Source: Amoebidium appalachense (Eukaryota; Protista; Ichthyosporea). Taken from it: a DNA stretch of 64,000 nt. Position 1 is the stretch's first letter; each line of letters starts with the position of its first letter. The position numbers and the translations under genes were made by a program. The stretch lies in contig CAVNZM010000001.1 in NCBI GenBank assembly GCA_963693365.1, forward strand, positions 20,964,125 to 21,028,124, in the 5' to 3' direction. This document shows positions 1 to 28,520 of this stretch, piece after piece. The notes under the pieces are model-generated. The model ran no database searches. It was not told the DNA's origin and saw only the letters and a program-made list of their open reading frames with translations.

Positions 1-525
1 GGCACCATCAACCTCGGCCTCTACTACAAGAAGAAGGCCCCCAACAGCAAGGTGCCCATCCTTGAGTGCTACTCGGATTCTGACTTTGCTGGTTGCCCCA
101 CCACCCGTCGTTCCACGTCTGGGTACGTCATCCTCCTCAAAGGCTCCCCCGTCACCTACCACTCCAAGCTGCAGACGATCACTGCAACCTCCACGTGTGA
201 GGCCGAGCTCCTGGCCCTCAATGCTGCCGTGCAAGATGTTGTCTGGCACCGTGATCTACTAAAGGAGCTGGGCTACCCCATGACCGAGCCCACCCCCGTG
301 TACTGTGACAATCAGTCCACCATTGCTCTGGTCCACTCCAACACCATCAAGCACCGGACCAAGCACATTGCCGTTCGTTACTTCAACACAAAGGACTACA
401 TCAACAGTGGGGACGTCACTGTCACCTACATCGACACCAAGAAGAACCTGGCCGACATCTTCACCAAGCCTCTGGCTGGTACGGCCCACGACACACACCG
501 TGCCAACCTCAGTCTCCGTGACTGA
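1..525 (+). mobile_element. Ty1/copia LTR retrotransposon pol, C-terminal RNase H domain (open from the window start)
   Basis: Copia RNase H motifs YSDSDFAG..RRSTSGY, TCEAE, VYCDNQSTI, HRTKHIAVRY and ADIFTKPL; stop at 523-525. Confidence 0.95.
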
Positions 526-800
526 CCCGTGCACTCAGGCTGGTGTTCATCATCGAGTGGTTTCTGAGTAGGTTGGGGCCCTGGACAGCAGTTGACACAC
601 CTACGGTGATCAAGATGCCTCCCAACGAAAGTCTACTACTCCTCATCGTTTCTCTTCATCAGTGCCAGGGGACTCAGTCTTCCATCGTCATATGTGTGCA
701 TCTTCAGTGGGGATTATTCTCCACCATCCGTCGTTTATTTATATTCATATCCCACCATATATATTGGTTTTCTTCTATATTCGACTTATATATATGTCGA

Positions 801-990
801 ACTGGGATGGCGTCCCAGTATAAATAATTATCTATAGCCATGACGTGCTGGTTGACTGCCAGTCTAAACCTAGTCCACGGGATGCACCTTCCCCGTGTCT
901 TAACTGGTTGACCACCAGTCTATAAATCAGTCCACAAGATGTTCATGTCTTGTGTTTACCTGGGTGGTCCCCAGTATAAACCATTAGCCA
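801..990 (+). repeat. Four degenerate 46-56 bp hairpin-forming units in the copia 3' UTR
   Basis: CTGG..CCAGT followed by an A/T-rich TAAA motif, starting at about 801, 847, 903 and 959. Confidence 0.75.
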
Positions 991-1242
991 CCAACACGTC
1001 ACACATACACTAGTGTTTCCTATCTATATATATATATCGCCGATAACCACCATGATTTCTTATTTCGAGTCTTCAGAGGCAACCGTCGTTGTGTGCCTCT
1101 TCAGTTTTGATTCTCTCCTTCCCACCTCAAGGATCTTCGGTTTGCATCCTCGAGTGGGGAAACTTGAGTGTGACGGCCCCTCCTGTGTTTGGACCCCATC
1201 TACCGTCACATCAACAGACACGAGAACACAAACTTCAACCCC

Positions 1243-1340
1243 TTGAGTGGGGATGTTGGAATACGTCACCATGTATGACAGCAAGAGCCTTGAAGTATGT
1301 ATGTGTCCTAGCTTGTTTGTATTCGTGTCTGCTTTCCTCC
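1243..1340 (+). mobile_element. Probable polypurine tract and start of the 3' LTR of the copia element; LTR end not determinable
   Basis: Purine-rich GAGTGGGGA (1245-1253) directly followed by TGTTGG at 1254, the usual copia PPT/LTR junction, downstream of pol. Confidence 0.55.
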
Positions 1341-1374
1341 TTTGTGCTCTCTCTCTCTCCTCTTTTCCTCTCTC

Positions 1375-1444
<70 letters not shown>

Positions 1445-2169
1445 CCCCCCCCCCCCCCCCCCCCGTATCTCTCTCTCCCTTGTTTCTGTGGGCACAGATA
1501 TCTGTAGATCTGTGCACACCTGGCTCTCTTGCCTGATAAGAACTTATTGTGTTTTATTTCTATTTGCTCTCCTCTGTTTATCTGAGAGGTAGCGTGATTG
1601 GCTAGCCTCACTCGTTGTCTTTCCTTTATTTCAAAATGGCCTAGTTTGTTCTCAAAAGGATGGCTCGCCAATAGTCGCGAGCGAGTACATCTGTAGATTG
1701 TGTTGTGCATTCCTGTCTGTTAATATATGTGTGTTGTGATTGGACAATAGATATATATGGAATTCGGTTTATTGCAAAGTGTCTTCACTTTGAGAGTGTC
1801 GACTGTTAGGAAATATATGTATTTAAATAAGTTTCTTTATAGAGACGAACATAAATATATATGTGAGTTAATAGTGACTAGATGTATAATTACTTAATTT
1901 ATTTAAGTAAGAGTTTCTACACTTTAGTTTAATCGGAAGTTGGAATGTGTATGCTCTGTCGGAATGTGTTTTTCTATCTTCTGATAGAACCGATTGGTTC
2001 TCCCTCTTTAGTTGTGATAAGGTGATAAGTCGCAAGTACAAAAGGAACCGAGAGCACAATAAAGATTCAGTTGTTGTTTGAAATCTTTCAATGTCTCGTG
2101 AACAACTCCGATTGCCCTCTCATTAATGTGTTAGTCGTGTTTTTACATGACACCTCTGTGCACTCTGCT

Positions 2170-3150
2170 CCCTTAGACCCGTACAAAACAACAACGAATG
2201 GGGCATATGTTTCAAATGGATGAGCGACCGTCGGGTGGAGAGTGCAGGCAGGTGTCTTCGGTTAATAAGGGATGTGTATCTTGCTAATCTTTCTAATACT
2301 GTACACCTAAACAACCGTCTTAGTATATTTCGCACATATATTCGCCCTTTGTCTGAATACGGGTTGCCCTTACTAGCTATGGCACCGTCTGATACTGGAT
2401 AACTTCCTCCAATCAATAGATGATTTCCACTACACAACTTGTACGTTTCTCACTGGTCTTTCCACACCTATCCCTAGACGCCTTTTTGAATCTCTCTACG
2501 CACTCACCAACCACCATCACAACGCGTACACGAATTAGCACTTAATTTCACGAGCACATCACCCGCCTGTCCGCTTGTGCCCCGGACCACCCGCTCTTCC
2601 GGCTACACGCATCCCCGCCGGACTCGCCTCTCTACCTCTTCCCTTCCACTTCGTCTCTGCCCATTGTCGAGCGTTATGCGGAATGGCTAGCGACCCCACC
2701 CGGTCCGGAGGTACGGCTAGATCATACTGTGAATATGAATAGTTTCAAGTCTATGGCTGATAGATATCTTTTTACTCTACGTGTTGAGTCACTTCCTGTG
2801 TTAGGACCGCAAAAACACCAACTACTAGTAGCCTATATGGCGGATACGGTTAGAGAGTCTCGTTCGTACATAGATTCGTTTATTCGTAATGTGGTGTGGT
2901 GTAAAAACGCAAAGATGAATATGGCTTGGCGGTGTAATCTGTTTCTGGTGCACGTGTCTCCTGCTCGTATGTGTAACATGTATGGGGGGCGGTTTACTCG
3001 CGGATGCATATCTATCAATAAGTGTAACCTGTTAGCTAACGTTATAGAACCGGAGGTTATTGGCGGTTTTATTCTCTTTTCTCCCTCTCTTCCTCAATAA
3101 ATCCGTTTTAAAATGACTATGCTAGATCATCTTATTAATGCTGCACAGTA
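2170..3150 (+). pseudogene. Degraded non-LTR (LINE-like) retrotransposon, post-RT C-terminal region
   Basis: FRTYIRPLSEYGLPLL, PDHPLF, WRCN..C..FTRGC and MLDHLIN occur in the same order as in the element at 37-38 kb; stops and frameshifts present. Confidence 0.7.
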
Positions 3151-3518
3151 CTAGATTGTGATACGGCCGCGGTGCCTTAACTTGAACTTTCTTTTGGAGC
3201 TACCGATGCTAGCCTCTGCTTACCCATAATATGTAATAGGGGTGTCGTATACTACGATGGCGCCAAGTGTTGCCTAGCATGTACCGTATGTCACTAGCTG
3301 CATTTGATTGACTGCGCTGGAAAACGCAGTAGGACGTCGAGTGTGGCTGGGCCCCCGACAGTGTCCACACAATAAAAAGTGTGTAAACCCTTACGTAACT
3401 CCGGCGGGCCGGAGCCAGCAAACTCCAAACTCGAACATCGAATTGTTGCTTAGCAAATCCCCCCTGTTTTGAAATTCGGCTAAAGCTGGTTGGTATATGT
3501 AGGATCGCGGTGCACCTA

Positions 3519-4573
3519 CAGTAAACCGCTCGAATTTGGGACTCTTTTCGCGTCATCGCTGAAACGAGCGCTTATGGGTAGCTATTTTTAGCTTTTTTCT
3601 GGAACATTCGAGCATCCCCAGCAAGCCCTGGCACATGGCTACCCCAGTATATAAGCGCTGAGGTTCATAAAACACGTTTCCGACGACTTAGACACGTGAA
3701 TGTAGCCTAGGGTATCATCTTGCAAAATTCATTCTGAATTCAAAATGCATTTTTATTTGGGACACGTGTTGCATAGACGTATATGCAGACGAACATGCTG
3801 ACGCACATGCACCAGCTGGGTGTGGTCTCGCTGTTCCTTTCACCGTTGCCCACCCCTGGGGCCTTCTCTAGCTTTCAAACCAGTCTGTACACTCAACGAG
3901 GCTTCAAGGGTGCCTGTTTTGCAAAATAAACTGAACACATCATACAACCTATTGCCTGTGACTAAAGACGTCGTTCTGTACTACAAGTGCAACCTACACA
4001 CGCATGCTCGTTCCTGTACTGTTAGCATACCTCTACATCTGTCCGGGGTATGGATACTGATAAAACGGGTACTTCCCTGTAAGAATAAATATTATGCTTC
4101 ACGTGCTCTGCAGCTAAATCACATCGCTCTTCATGTGTCTTATTTTTGTGTTCTAGAAACGCTGCCTCTATCTCCTCTGCTGTGGGCTTGCGCCTTTTCT
4201 GCCCTTGTGCACTCATGTTGGGAACCCCATTCTGTCTGTGGGGCAAGGGTGTGTGATAAATGGGCAGTAAAAGTACAAAGCATATGAAAGATGTGAGGCT
4301 ACGTGAGAGGAAATCCTTAGAGTGAGGATGAGGAGTTCCTATGTTTTCGAAAGAGGATGTGCTTTGCTCTGCTGTGGTGCCGTTGGTAGAAAACGGCCCT
4401 TTATTTTCAAACTTGGCTGCCGGGTTGGGCAGCCAACCAGACACGCTGGCATTCAAAAAGGACGGGAAAAACGTAATAATGGACCCAAGTCCGGGTGATG
4501 CGCCGAGGGCCAATTAAAAGTGTCCCAAATTTATGACGGGATTCAAATCGTCCCAAATTCGAGCGGTTTACTG
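3519..4573. mobile_element. Non-autonomous pogo/Tc1-mariner-like DNA transposon, about 1.05 kb
   Basis: Perfect 24-bp TIRs CAGTAAACCGCTCGAATTTGGGAC (3519-3542 and 4550-4573) with TA on both flanks; possible transposase N-terminal remnant MSAQGQKRRK.. on the minus strand. Confidence 0.9.
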
Positions 4574-4765
4574 TAGCGATTGGCTACATATCAAACAAAA
4601 ATGAATGTCAATCCGCACAGAGCCAATCAGACGTAATTTATTTCATACGTAATTCCAGGGGTAATCATTGGGTCGCAGTTTGTCGCAGTTTCTTCGTCAT
4701 CTGTCGCATAATCTTGTGACGTCATTGGGTCCATGTGGCGAACGATCAGATTCGCTCTAGAGTAG

Positions 4766-4911
4766 TGAGCCGCTTTGCGTTGATCTAAATATCTATATTC
4801 TTAAATTTACGTATAAAACTTCCGCAATCCGAGCGATCTGTTAAATTTTTAAAGTTTGCATAAAATCTAGATTGATTTCGACCCTCTTCCAGATGGGCGC
4901 ATGTGGAAGAA

Positions 4912-4943
<32 letters not shown>

Positions 4944-5138
4944 CTTCCAGATGTCTAGGATAAGACGATTGGTTCTTGGAACTCGCCTAAACATCTCTTA
5001 TCCAATAGAATTGCGATCTACGATCTAGATAATTCAGTTTCTAAACTGCTCTACGCGAATCGAGCAGACTTTTAGATATTTAGAGAACGGTTCTCTAAAT
5101 TTGCCCAGTATTTATTTAGATCAACGCGAATCCGCTCA
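4766..5138. mobile_element. MITE-like element
   Basis: Imperfect 26-bp terminal inverted repeats (TGAGCCGCTTTGCGTTGATCTAAATA vs TGAGCGGATTCGCGTTGATCTAAATA); AT-rich interior with recurring TCTAAA/TTTAGA; no clear TSD. Confidence 0.6.
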
Positions 5139-5748
5139 GTCTTTTGGCCCTCCCTTAGTGTAGACCTGCGAAGCACGTGACTTTTGTTGTGAAGCGGAGT
5201 CCTAAACTTAAGTTTACCAATAGTTACGTTATAGAAAGTTTTAGAAAAGTTAGACCAATGGTTTAAAAGTTATAGCGTTTTTATGAGGTTTTTTCAATTG
5301 CCGTTGCTCGGGCCCAGTCAGAAAGCCGCAAATCGGACCAAAAAAGGCGTTTTGACCTTTCAGATTTACGATTGGCTGTTTGACTTTGGGGTTTGCTGCC
5401 GGAGCCTATCATAAACAATATTACTGCTATTAGTAAACCACGGATGATGTCACACACGCACACGCACGCAGACACAGTCGCAGACACGCACCAGCAGTTG
5501 CACACACACACGGCATACGAAGACACACATTTGGATTGACAATAGATATAAAACACTATGAACCGTTGAAAAGGACCACAGAAACCCCATGTCATCTATC
5601 TGCAGGCACACAATCAGTTCGTGGTGCCAACACCACACACAATCAATGAGTCAGACAAGCCACGAGTCGGGCTATGTTTCGTCTTTATTCCTACATTCTA
5701 TTCATTAGCCAGCAGCCAACTATGTACACAACAAACACCCAGCTAGCA

Positions 5749-6364
5749 CTACTCTTTCTTTTGCTTCTTCGCACTCTTCGGCTTCTTGGCCGACTCCGAC
5801 ACCTCGGCACTCTCCGATGTTGTCCGCTTACGGCTCTTTGCCGTTTCCTCCTCTCCCTCCCCCTGCTCCTTCTTCACCTTTTTACTCTTTTTCTTGGGTG
5901 CTTCCTCCACCTCCTCCTTCACCTTCTCTTTTTTGCTCTTTTTGGCGGACTGACTTGCACCCTCCCCAGCCCCTTCCGTTTTTGCGGTCTTCTTGGTCGA
6001 TTTTTGGGCTTCCTCGGGTGCCTCGTCCTCCGTGTCCCAATTCTTTTCCGGAACGACTGTTTTCTTCTCCTTTTTCTCCTTTCCGCCTTTCTTTTTGGTG
6101 GACTTCAAATTATCCGCCCCTACGGACACCACTGGTTTTCCAGCCCCAAACGGCTTCCATCTCTGTTTTAGGCCCTTTGGTTGTGAGATGTCTGGGCGTG
6201 GGTATGCAACTTGTTGCGGGTCTGGCACGTCAAATGCACGCGTGACCTCAAACTCTTTGGCAAAGGCGCTCCCTGTGTGTGTGTGCGTGCGTGCATGTGT
6301 GTGTGTGCGTGTGTGCGCTCTTGCGTGGTGCGTGTATAGAGCCTGAAATAGAGGGTGATGCATG

Positions 6365-6433
<69 letters not shown>

Positions 6434-6461
6434 TGGCATGCATGTGTGGGGGTGATGCATG

Positions 6462-6547
<86 letters not shown>

Positions 6548-6820
6548 ATGCGGGATGATACATTTTGTCAGTGGCACTAACAAGCACGAACAACCGCCCA
6601 AAGGCAGGATGTCACACAGAAATGGATGGCCTCTACCTGTGCGGATTTGCCCCCTACCCTACCCATATGTACCACCCACCGCTTTGTAAACATGCGTGCC
6701 AAAAAACAAAAAAACATATCACGGTATGCACAATTCGGATACCTCCTTCCCCTTCAAAGCACTATAATCTGTACACTCGCCTTGCCAACTCCTGCCCTGC
6801 TTCCTCCTTAGATAGTTTAT

Positions 6821-6865
<45 letters not shown>

Positions 6866-9010
6866 ACCACCACCACCACCTCCCCCGGTTCCCATTTCCC
6901 TGAACAACTTCCCAATACATACCTTGATAATCCCTTCAAAATAAAAATTCTCATATAAGCACCCTTCAATTCAAAACACTGGCATCGTCAATAACCAACC
7001 CCCCCCCCCCCCCCCCCTTTATGCCGGGGCACTCACCAACCACCATGCCCTCCCCCTCAGCCCCCCACAGACTGATGCCCCCCAGAGCCTCCACAGCGCC
7101 ATCCTCGGGCACAGGGTTGATGGCATGTTTGCCCGACCCATCCACAGTCAGTGTCACGGTGCGCCCTGGGTCTACCTCTGCACCCTCGAGCTGGCTGGCA
7201 TCAAACTGCGCGTGTATGTGTATGTGTATGTGTGAGTGTGATGTGAGTGTGAGTGTGAGTGTGAGTGTGAGTGTGAGTGTGAGTGTGAGTGAGTGAGTGT
7301 GTTTGGGGGGAGGGGGGGGGGTTAGCACACAGAGGATTACATATCTCCGTGGAAATACTGCTTATGGGGATGGGGACAAGGAAGGAAGGTTGAGGAAGAT
7401 CGTTGGGGAAAGGGGTAAGGGGGAGGGGGTTCTACAATCCTCCTGATCTCTATTCTGTTATATATGCATGTGTTGTGTGGTCTGGGTGTAACCGTTCTAA
7501 GGTTAGACGTGGGTGGGATAAAGTATGGCTGAACACACCGTATGGCATGAATATCCCCCTCCCACCACCTCGCTCCCTTCTTTTCCTATCCCCAACACGG
7601 CGCAGATTGCACATGATAAATTCTGTGCGTAGCTTGACATATGCAGTAGGCATGGGTAGATATAGTGGGTATAGTGACAGAGTAGGCATACATGGTGTGC
7701 ATTGTCTATCTACATGCTTGTGTGCATTTCATGCGGAGCATGGATGACGCTTGGAAGATGTGGGTAAAATGCACGCAGTAGAATCAGTGTCACGACCTTC
7801 ACATGTCTTTGAAGCTCCACGTGCATGCAGGAGAGGAAGGGTCAAGGTACACAGCCACAACACTACAAACAGAGATGTGTGTGTGTGTGGGGGGGGGGGG
7901 GGGGGGGGGGGGGGGGTGGGGAGGGAGGCGGTAAGAATGTGTCATGGAGTACGAAGTTCACATTCATAACGGACAACATAATGCAGAGTGCGAGCCACAC
8001 AACGAGTATGCACACAAGCATGCAGATACACAATTTACACCATGTATGCAGAGGGGGTGGAGCACGTACATCTACGGGGACCCTGAACAGCCACAGCTGG
8101 GCGTCTCTGATGCGCTTGGGCATGACCTTGCCCTCGAATGTGGCGCGCACATAGCCCTTGGGCACACTCTGGCTGCAGAAAACAGTTAGCGGCTACAACC
8201 AGCCCCACTGGCCTAGGTGAGAGCACATGCGTTTGTGGCCCTATTCTCATTCCCCACCTCCTTTACTGCCGCAAAGTTCATCTTAGCCCGCTTGCATGCC
8301 CTCGTTCTTTCCCCTTCCACCCACAACCACAAAACTAACAAGATGGCATTCTCACCGATACCCCCTCCCCACCCCCTTTCCCCCCCCCCCCCCCCCCCCC
8401 CGCGCACACGCCCTGCCCCACATGCACGCCAGCTGTTCCCCCCTTCACAATTGCAGATTATATGTCAAAGGACAAGATAAAGCCTCAATAATGGGCTCCA
8501 AGCATTCAACTCCTGCTACACCTGCCCCCCTGTTCTGTGTGCTGTGACCAGACCGTCTCTATCCCCTCTGCCCCTTCCCCCCCCCCCACCCCTCACCTCC
8601 CACCTCCTCTCGGCCCCAATAACCATTCATAGCACAAAAAAACATTTTGGTTCCTCCCTGCTGAGGCCGCACAGCACATATGCAAGTATACACACCACAA
8701 CAACACACCGTCATCAACGCATCAACGGTGTACACCCGCCTTGCCCAAGCACTCACAGGAAGCAAACATCACTAACAGCCGATCTTCCATCAATGCCTGC
8801 AACAAGCACACACCCAAACCAACATCACAACACATCTCCCACCATCCCCTCCAGTCCCCCAGGGGTTCAGATAGCCAAATACCGACCTTACGTTGTGTTG
8901 TTTTTGGGGGGCCACCACGTCCCCATCATGCTCTTTGCCTGCCTTCTTCTTCTTGGTCACCTGGCCGCCGTTAGATGTAAGAAATTAGACATAGGAGTAT
9001 CTATGAAAGA

Positions 9011-9064
<54 letters not shown>

Positions 9065-9726
9065 CTGTGTAAACGCCGTTGTGTGCGGGCTTGTCTGCTT
9101 GTGCGTCATTGTGGTATATGTGATGTGATAGTAATTGCATCAAGTGTCCCTGTATGTGTGGTTATGTGTACCGTGTGTGCAGACGTGCACCATGTTTCTG
9201 AGGAACATGTATACCCTGCTGCAAGCACTCAACTCTAAAAAGTTCACTTGAGTGCAAGAGTAGCAGGGGCACCACCAAAAACATGGAGTCCGGGCATGCT
9301 TCATAAACAACAACCCACTACACATCGACAGGACTCAACAGACACAAGAAATTATCCACAATTCACGAGTTCTTCTCTTGCCCCTCCCCTCCCCCCCCCC
9401 CCCCCCAAAAAAAAGAAAAAAAAGATTCGGCCCACCACCCCTATCCTGGCTCTCTAAAATTCCCCCAAAAAGCATAAAGGGCTCGCCGTGTGATATATAT
9501 CCCCATATTTCCATTCCCTCCCCACGCAAATGGTACCGAGGGGATGGTAGGTGTGTTGGTGTGTGCCAGTTTCACGCTACAACAGCATTCTCTATAAAAG
9601 AAACGACAGAACCAAGAGAGAAGACAAGGACAGGGGGTAGCAGTGGTGATGGTGGTGGTGTTTGGTCGTGGTGGTGGGGGAAGGGGAGGCAAAGAGGCGA
9701 GGAGAAAGGTAGAGAGGGGAAAGAGT

Positions 9727-9760
<34 letters not shown>

Positions 9761-10003
9761 GGGGAAGCACATTCAGGAAGGCCACACACAGTGCGGATGC
9801 AGACGGTTGAAGGGGGGAGGGGAAAGGAAGCGAGAGAAAACGATGGGATGATAGAGAGTACCGCATATAGACTGAGTGTGAGAAGCGCCAGGAAGAGGCG
9901 AGGAATCAAGGCAGAACAACTGGCACAGGATAGCCCGCTTAGCACAGTGCGCAGGCTCTGTTCGGACACTACCCACCTTCTTTGCTACTGGCGAGGCCGC
10001 CAT
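5749..10003 (-). CDS. RPA34: RNA polymerase I subunit A34/RPA34-like; 5 exons (10003-9977, 8960-8892, about 8168-8070, 7205-7037, 6272-5749)
   Basis: Spliced product contains QLWLFRVPVD|FDASQLEG and QPKGLKQRWKPFG plus a Lys/Glu-rich tail, as in A34.5/POLR1G; GT-AG introns with consistent phases. Confidence 0.8.
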
Positions 10004-10971
10004 GGTGTAGTAGGCACTGCGCTGAACAGAAGGCAAAACGCAGGTGTATTGTATGAAGGATCTCGAGAGCTATTGGAAAGAAACTGCACAGATTCGGTGG
10101 AAGGGTGGTGAGGTATCCACTATAAAAAGGTTATGGCTACACAGGCTGTGTGGCTTACCCTTGCCTCTGTGACTGCTGTGTGGAGGAGTGCCCTAGTTTC
10201 AAGCAATACTGCACCTATGTCCTATGGCTATTTAGTACACTATGGAAATGCACGTTCTAACCGTTGGCAGTGTGGACCCTCAGTACTACAACAAAACATC
10301 TATAAACACGTGATTTACGGCACACAACCCTACCTGTGCACACGTGTACAAGTCGCCGAGCTAGTATGTGCCGGCTGCGGTGCGTGACGTCACATTCTCA
10401 GAGCTGGCTTTAGACTTGCCCTCTATAAAGTTAGGTAATGATGCTTTTGTATATTCGGATGGTCTTTGTATCAGAGAACAGGGGTATAGGTTACGTCATG
10501 TATTTAGACTAATCTGGCGTCTTGCGCAAGCTTGACGTGATCTGGCTCACGGCGCTCAGAGATCATTGGCTTTAAGAGCACTCCCACTCTATGTTTTGAT
10601 TGGCTAATATGTTTTATTGGTCGCTTTTTCGAACCCAGTGTGCCAGCCAGCTGTCTCTGCCGGAAAGAAAAACAAAAGCACCCAAGCTGCGAGTGCAGTC
10701 GGTGTGTGTGTGAGTGTGTGTGTTCGAGGCAGCCACTTACTTGTGGGAGAGCGTGAAAACAAGCTGAACGTATAGCCTAGACGCCCACATCCAGCCAATA
10801 TAGTTTTCCAACTGTCAAGCAGGCAAGCAGCCTTTTCTTTGCTTCTTTTGCACGGTGTTTCCCTCGCGCAGCCACCGCACCTGGATTCACCTCCCCAACC
10901 AAGGAAAATATTTCTGGGGCAGAACAACATTTTACGGGTAGCCAGTCAGTTAAGGCAGGGACAGGTGGCCC
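10004..10971. promoter_or_regulatory. Putative bidirectional promoter between the RPA34-like and Deg protease genes
   Basis: Head-to-head starts about 1 kb apart; nearly free of microsatellites; CACGTG, TGACGTCA (about 10385), TTACGTCA and ATTGG motifs. Confidence 0.5.
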
Positions 10972-25602
<14,631 letters not shown>

Positions 25603-25904
25603 GATCGGCCTCAGACTGCAGCCCACACCGGGAGCACTATCATAACGGCTAATCCTGCGGGTGAACTTTGACGGCATGTCGGGGCCGTGCGGATTTTGAT
25701 GGATGCCATCGGGTGTGTGGAGTCTTGCAGTGTCCGTGCCAGCCAAGGTACACACAAGGCTATAGCGTCGAACTTGCTGCATGAAGCACGCACCGTTATG
25801 AATAATGCGTGCTGTGCGGCACTTTGTCTTAAACTGCCGTGGCTGGCTCGGAAAAAGTAGTCGTATCACGGCAAGCCCGTGTGCCTTATCATGCCAGCAA
25901 CACA

Positions 25905-26090
<186 letters not shown>

Positions 26091-26327
26091 GAGAAGTACA
26101 CACTGTGTGTTTTACACACTAATGTAGGCTAAGCGTCAAGCGCACAAACATGATGTCACGGGTGTCAATTGTCATTCTGCGTTTATAATGTTTCATGTCC
26201 ATACACAGTCTAATTGTGTAACACGTTAGGTACTGCTACAGAGACCACTTAGGCTTGTAGACCCAGGCGTGTACATAAACACAAGAACACACACCGTGCC
26301 ACCAGTTCGTTCTTCTTCTTCTTCTTC

Positions 26328-26361
<34 letters not shown>

Positions 26362-27315
26362 AAAAAAGAAAAAAACAAAAAAACAAAAACAAATACACAC
26401 CCAAAAAGAAGGCTGTGTTGTGTATTGGCATGACTTTTAAGGCACCCTTGATGATAAGATTAATCACCCCTGACTGAGCGACGACATTTATTTTCCAGTC
26501 TTCTTTTTCTTCCTCTCTTTGCCCGTTCACGTCCCTTTCGTGTACAAAGTTGCACAGCAACACACAACATGACGGACTTTAATACAACCGAATGTACTGG
26601 ATTCGAAATAATAAATACACCCTTATTATGATTAGAAGCCTTGCCACTGCACATATATTTGTTTTCGACGATGTGGCTGCAGTTGTGTGAACTCCATGTC
26701 TCTACACAGGCATATTGATATATGAATATGGTGCGTGTGAAAATCGTGAATGACTCCACATGGCACGTGGCCATGGGTGGTCCCATGTCACAACACATGA
26801 CGCCATATATATACACATGGCATTCATCTCGCGAACCTACTTGGTTGTACATATGGTGGCTTCCAGCAGGCTATAGATCTGCGGTCAGGACTTGAGCCTG
26901 TTGCCTGTTGGTCTGTGTGATGTGTCACGGTCTCGTTGAGCTTTTTGTTTCTTCCAGAAGGAGTTCAACTAAGAGAGTCTGGCCCGAAATAGTTACTGTG
27001 TACAACAGTAATTCGGAGCCCTGTTTGGCCTCCGAGGGTTTGAAATTTTTTTTTTATATAATGACTTTATTGGTATGCTCAGCAAAATAGAAGCCATCGA
27101 GATATCACCGATATCTCGGAGAAGAAAATACAAAAGCCCTCACTCTCGGATACGGCGGAGATAACGACTTAAATATTCATACACCCTGGAAAACTCAGTT
27201 AAACATACCTTGTTTCAACAGATGGTCAATAGACGTAAGATCAGGATTATCTAAATAAGCCAGTCTTCTAATTTCTAACGGAATAATCCGAGATAAATAA
27301 ATACATATATATCTA

Positions 27316-28203
27316 AGTTGGATGCCACGGTCAAAGTTGGCATGTACCTTGGATATGACCTCCAGTCTCACTGCCACAGGATCTTCAACACCACCACCCA
27401 TCGTGTTAGTCTCTTCCGTGACGTGATTTTCGACGAATCAGCTTACATGCCCTCGGTGGTCTCCCCGGCCCTGCTGTCCCCCTCCGTCTCTGATGACTCG
27501 TCGCCCCCGTCGACACCGATGATGAAGTCTCCCTGGTTGATTCGGAAACCGTCCCATGCTGTTGTGGCTCCTCCCTCCCCACCCCCCACCGGCCCCCCTC
27601 CCCCCTTCCCCGGGCAGCCCAATGCCGATGCTCCTGCCCCCGTTCCTGGCAACGTCACGCCCATCCGTCCAGCCTCCCCTGTTGATTTCCACTCGGCACC
27701 GTCCAGCCCTGTGGCTCCTCCACCTCCAGTCCCGGGCTTCCAAGTCCCCCCTCAGCCTCCGACCGTGCCCTCTCCGCGTCGTTCTGCCCGTCTGCAAGGC
27801 AAGGTCGGCCTTCAAGCCACCACGGCTCTGCCTGTGCCCCCCGGACCCCCCATCAACGTCGACCAGCTGCCCAAACTCGTCCGTCAACTGTGCCACGGCC
27901 CCAATGGTTACCAAGTTAAGTCGGCCCTCACTGCCGAGTATCAAGCCTTCATCGACAAGGGTATCTTCGAACTGGTCGACCCTCCCTAATATCGTCGGTT
28001 TCAAGTGGATTGTGTCCGAGAAAACTCTCAACTCTGCCAGTGACACCAAGATCAAGGCCCGTGGTGTTGCACAAGGCTTCAGTCAGGAATATGGCGTTGA
28101 CTATGAGTTGACTGAGAGCCCCGTCATCCGTCCTGCTGCCCTCCGTGCCCTTCTTGCCCTTGCTGTTGTTGAGGGTCATGACATCCGTCAACTTGACGTC
28201 TCT
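27316..28203 (+). mobile_element. Truncated Ty1/copia pol fragment (post-integrase region, Pro-rich linker, start of RT), frameshifted near 27987
   Basis: MYLGYD..HRIF..RDVIFDES, RRSAR, GIFELVD, IVGFKWI, KARGVAQGFSQEYGVDY..SPV and IRQLDV, then abrupt loss of similarity. Confidence 0.92.
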
Positions 28204-28250
28204 GAAATTTTATACAAGTATTCGGACACGGACAGGGAAAGCAGAGACAC

Positions 28251-28520
28251 GTGGCGCAACAGGACCGTCAGAGAATGTGAGGTCGCCGTGGCGGGCGCCT
28301 GTGCTGCAGTACAGGGCAGGATGCGTGTCTGTCATTCAACCTCAGTCCCCCCTCCCTCCCCCCTCCTGCCCTCCTCCCCTCGAGCTCCCCCCTCCCCTCC
28401 CCCCCCCCGTACTTTCCTAAAAAACAAAAAAAGACGCGCGCGCACACACTCGCACACACACACACACATACATACATACACGTACGCACACACACACACG
28501 AACTTACGAACACGCGTGCA
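28251..28520 (+). repeat. Inverted partial duplicate of about 35277-35543 (exon and intron fragment of the neighbouring gene)
   Basis: WRNRTVRECEVAVAGACAAVQGR-encoding sequence and adjacent intron are shared in opposite orientation. Confidence 0.88.

Noticed and set aside
1580-2120. Minus-strand retroelement coding remnant
   Set aside because: Only short ORFs with no diagnostic motif
27000-27315. DNA transposon end with CTCGGA/TCCGAG repeats
   Set aside because: No convincing TIR pair or TSD found
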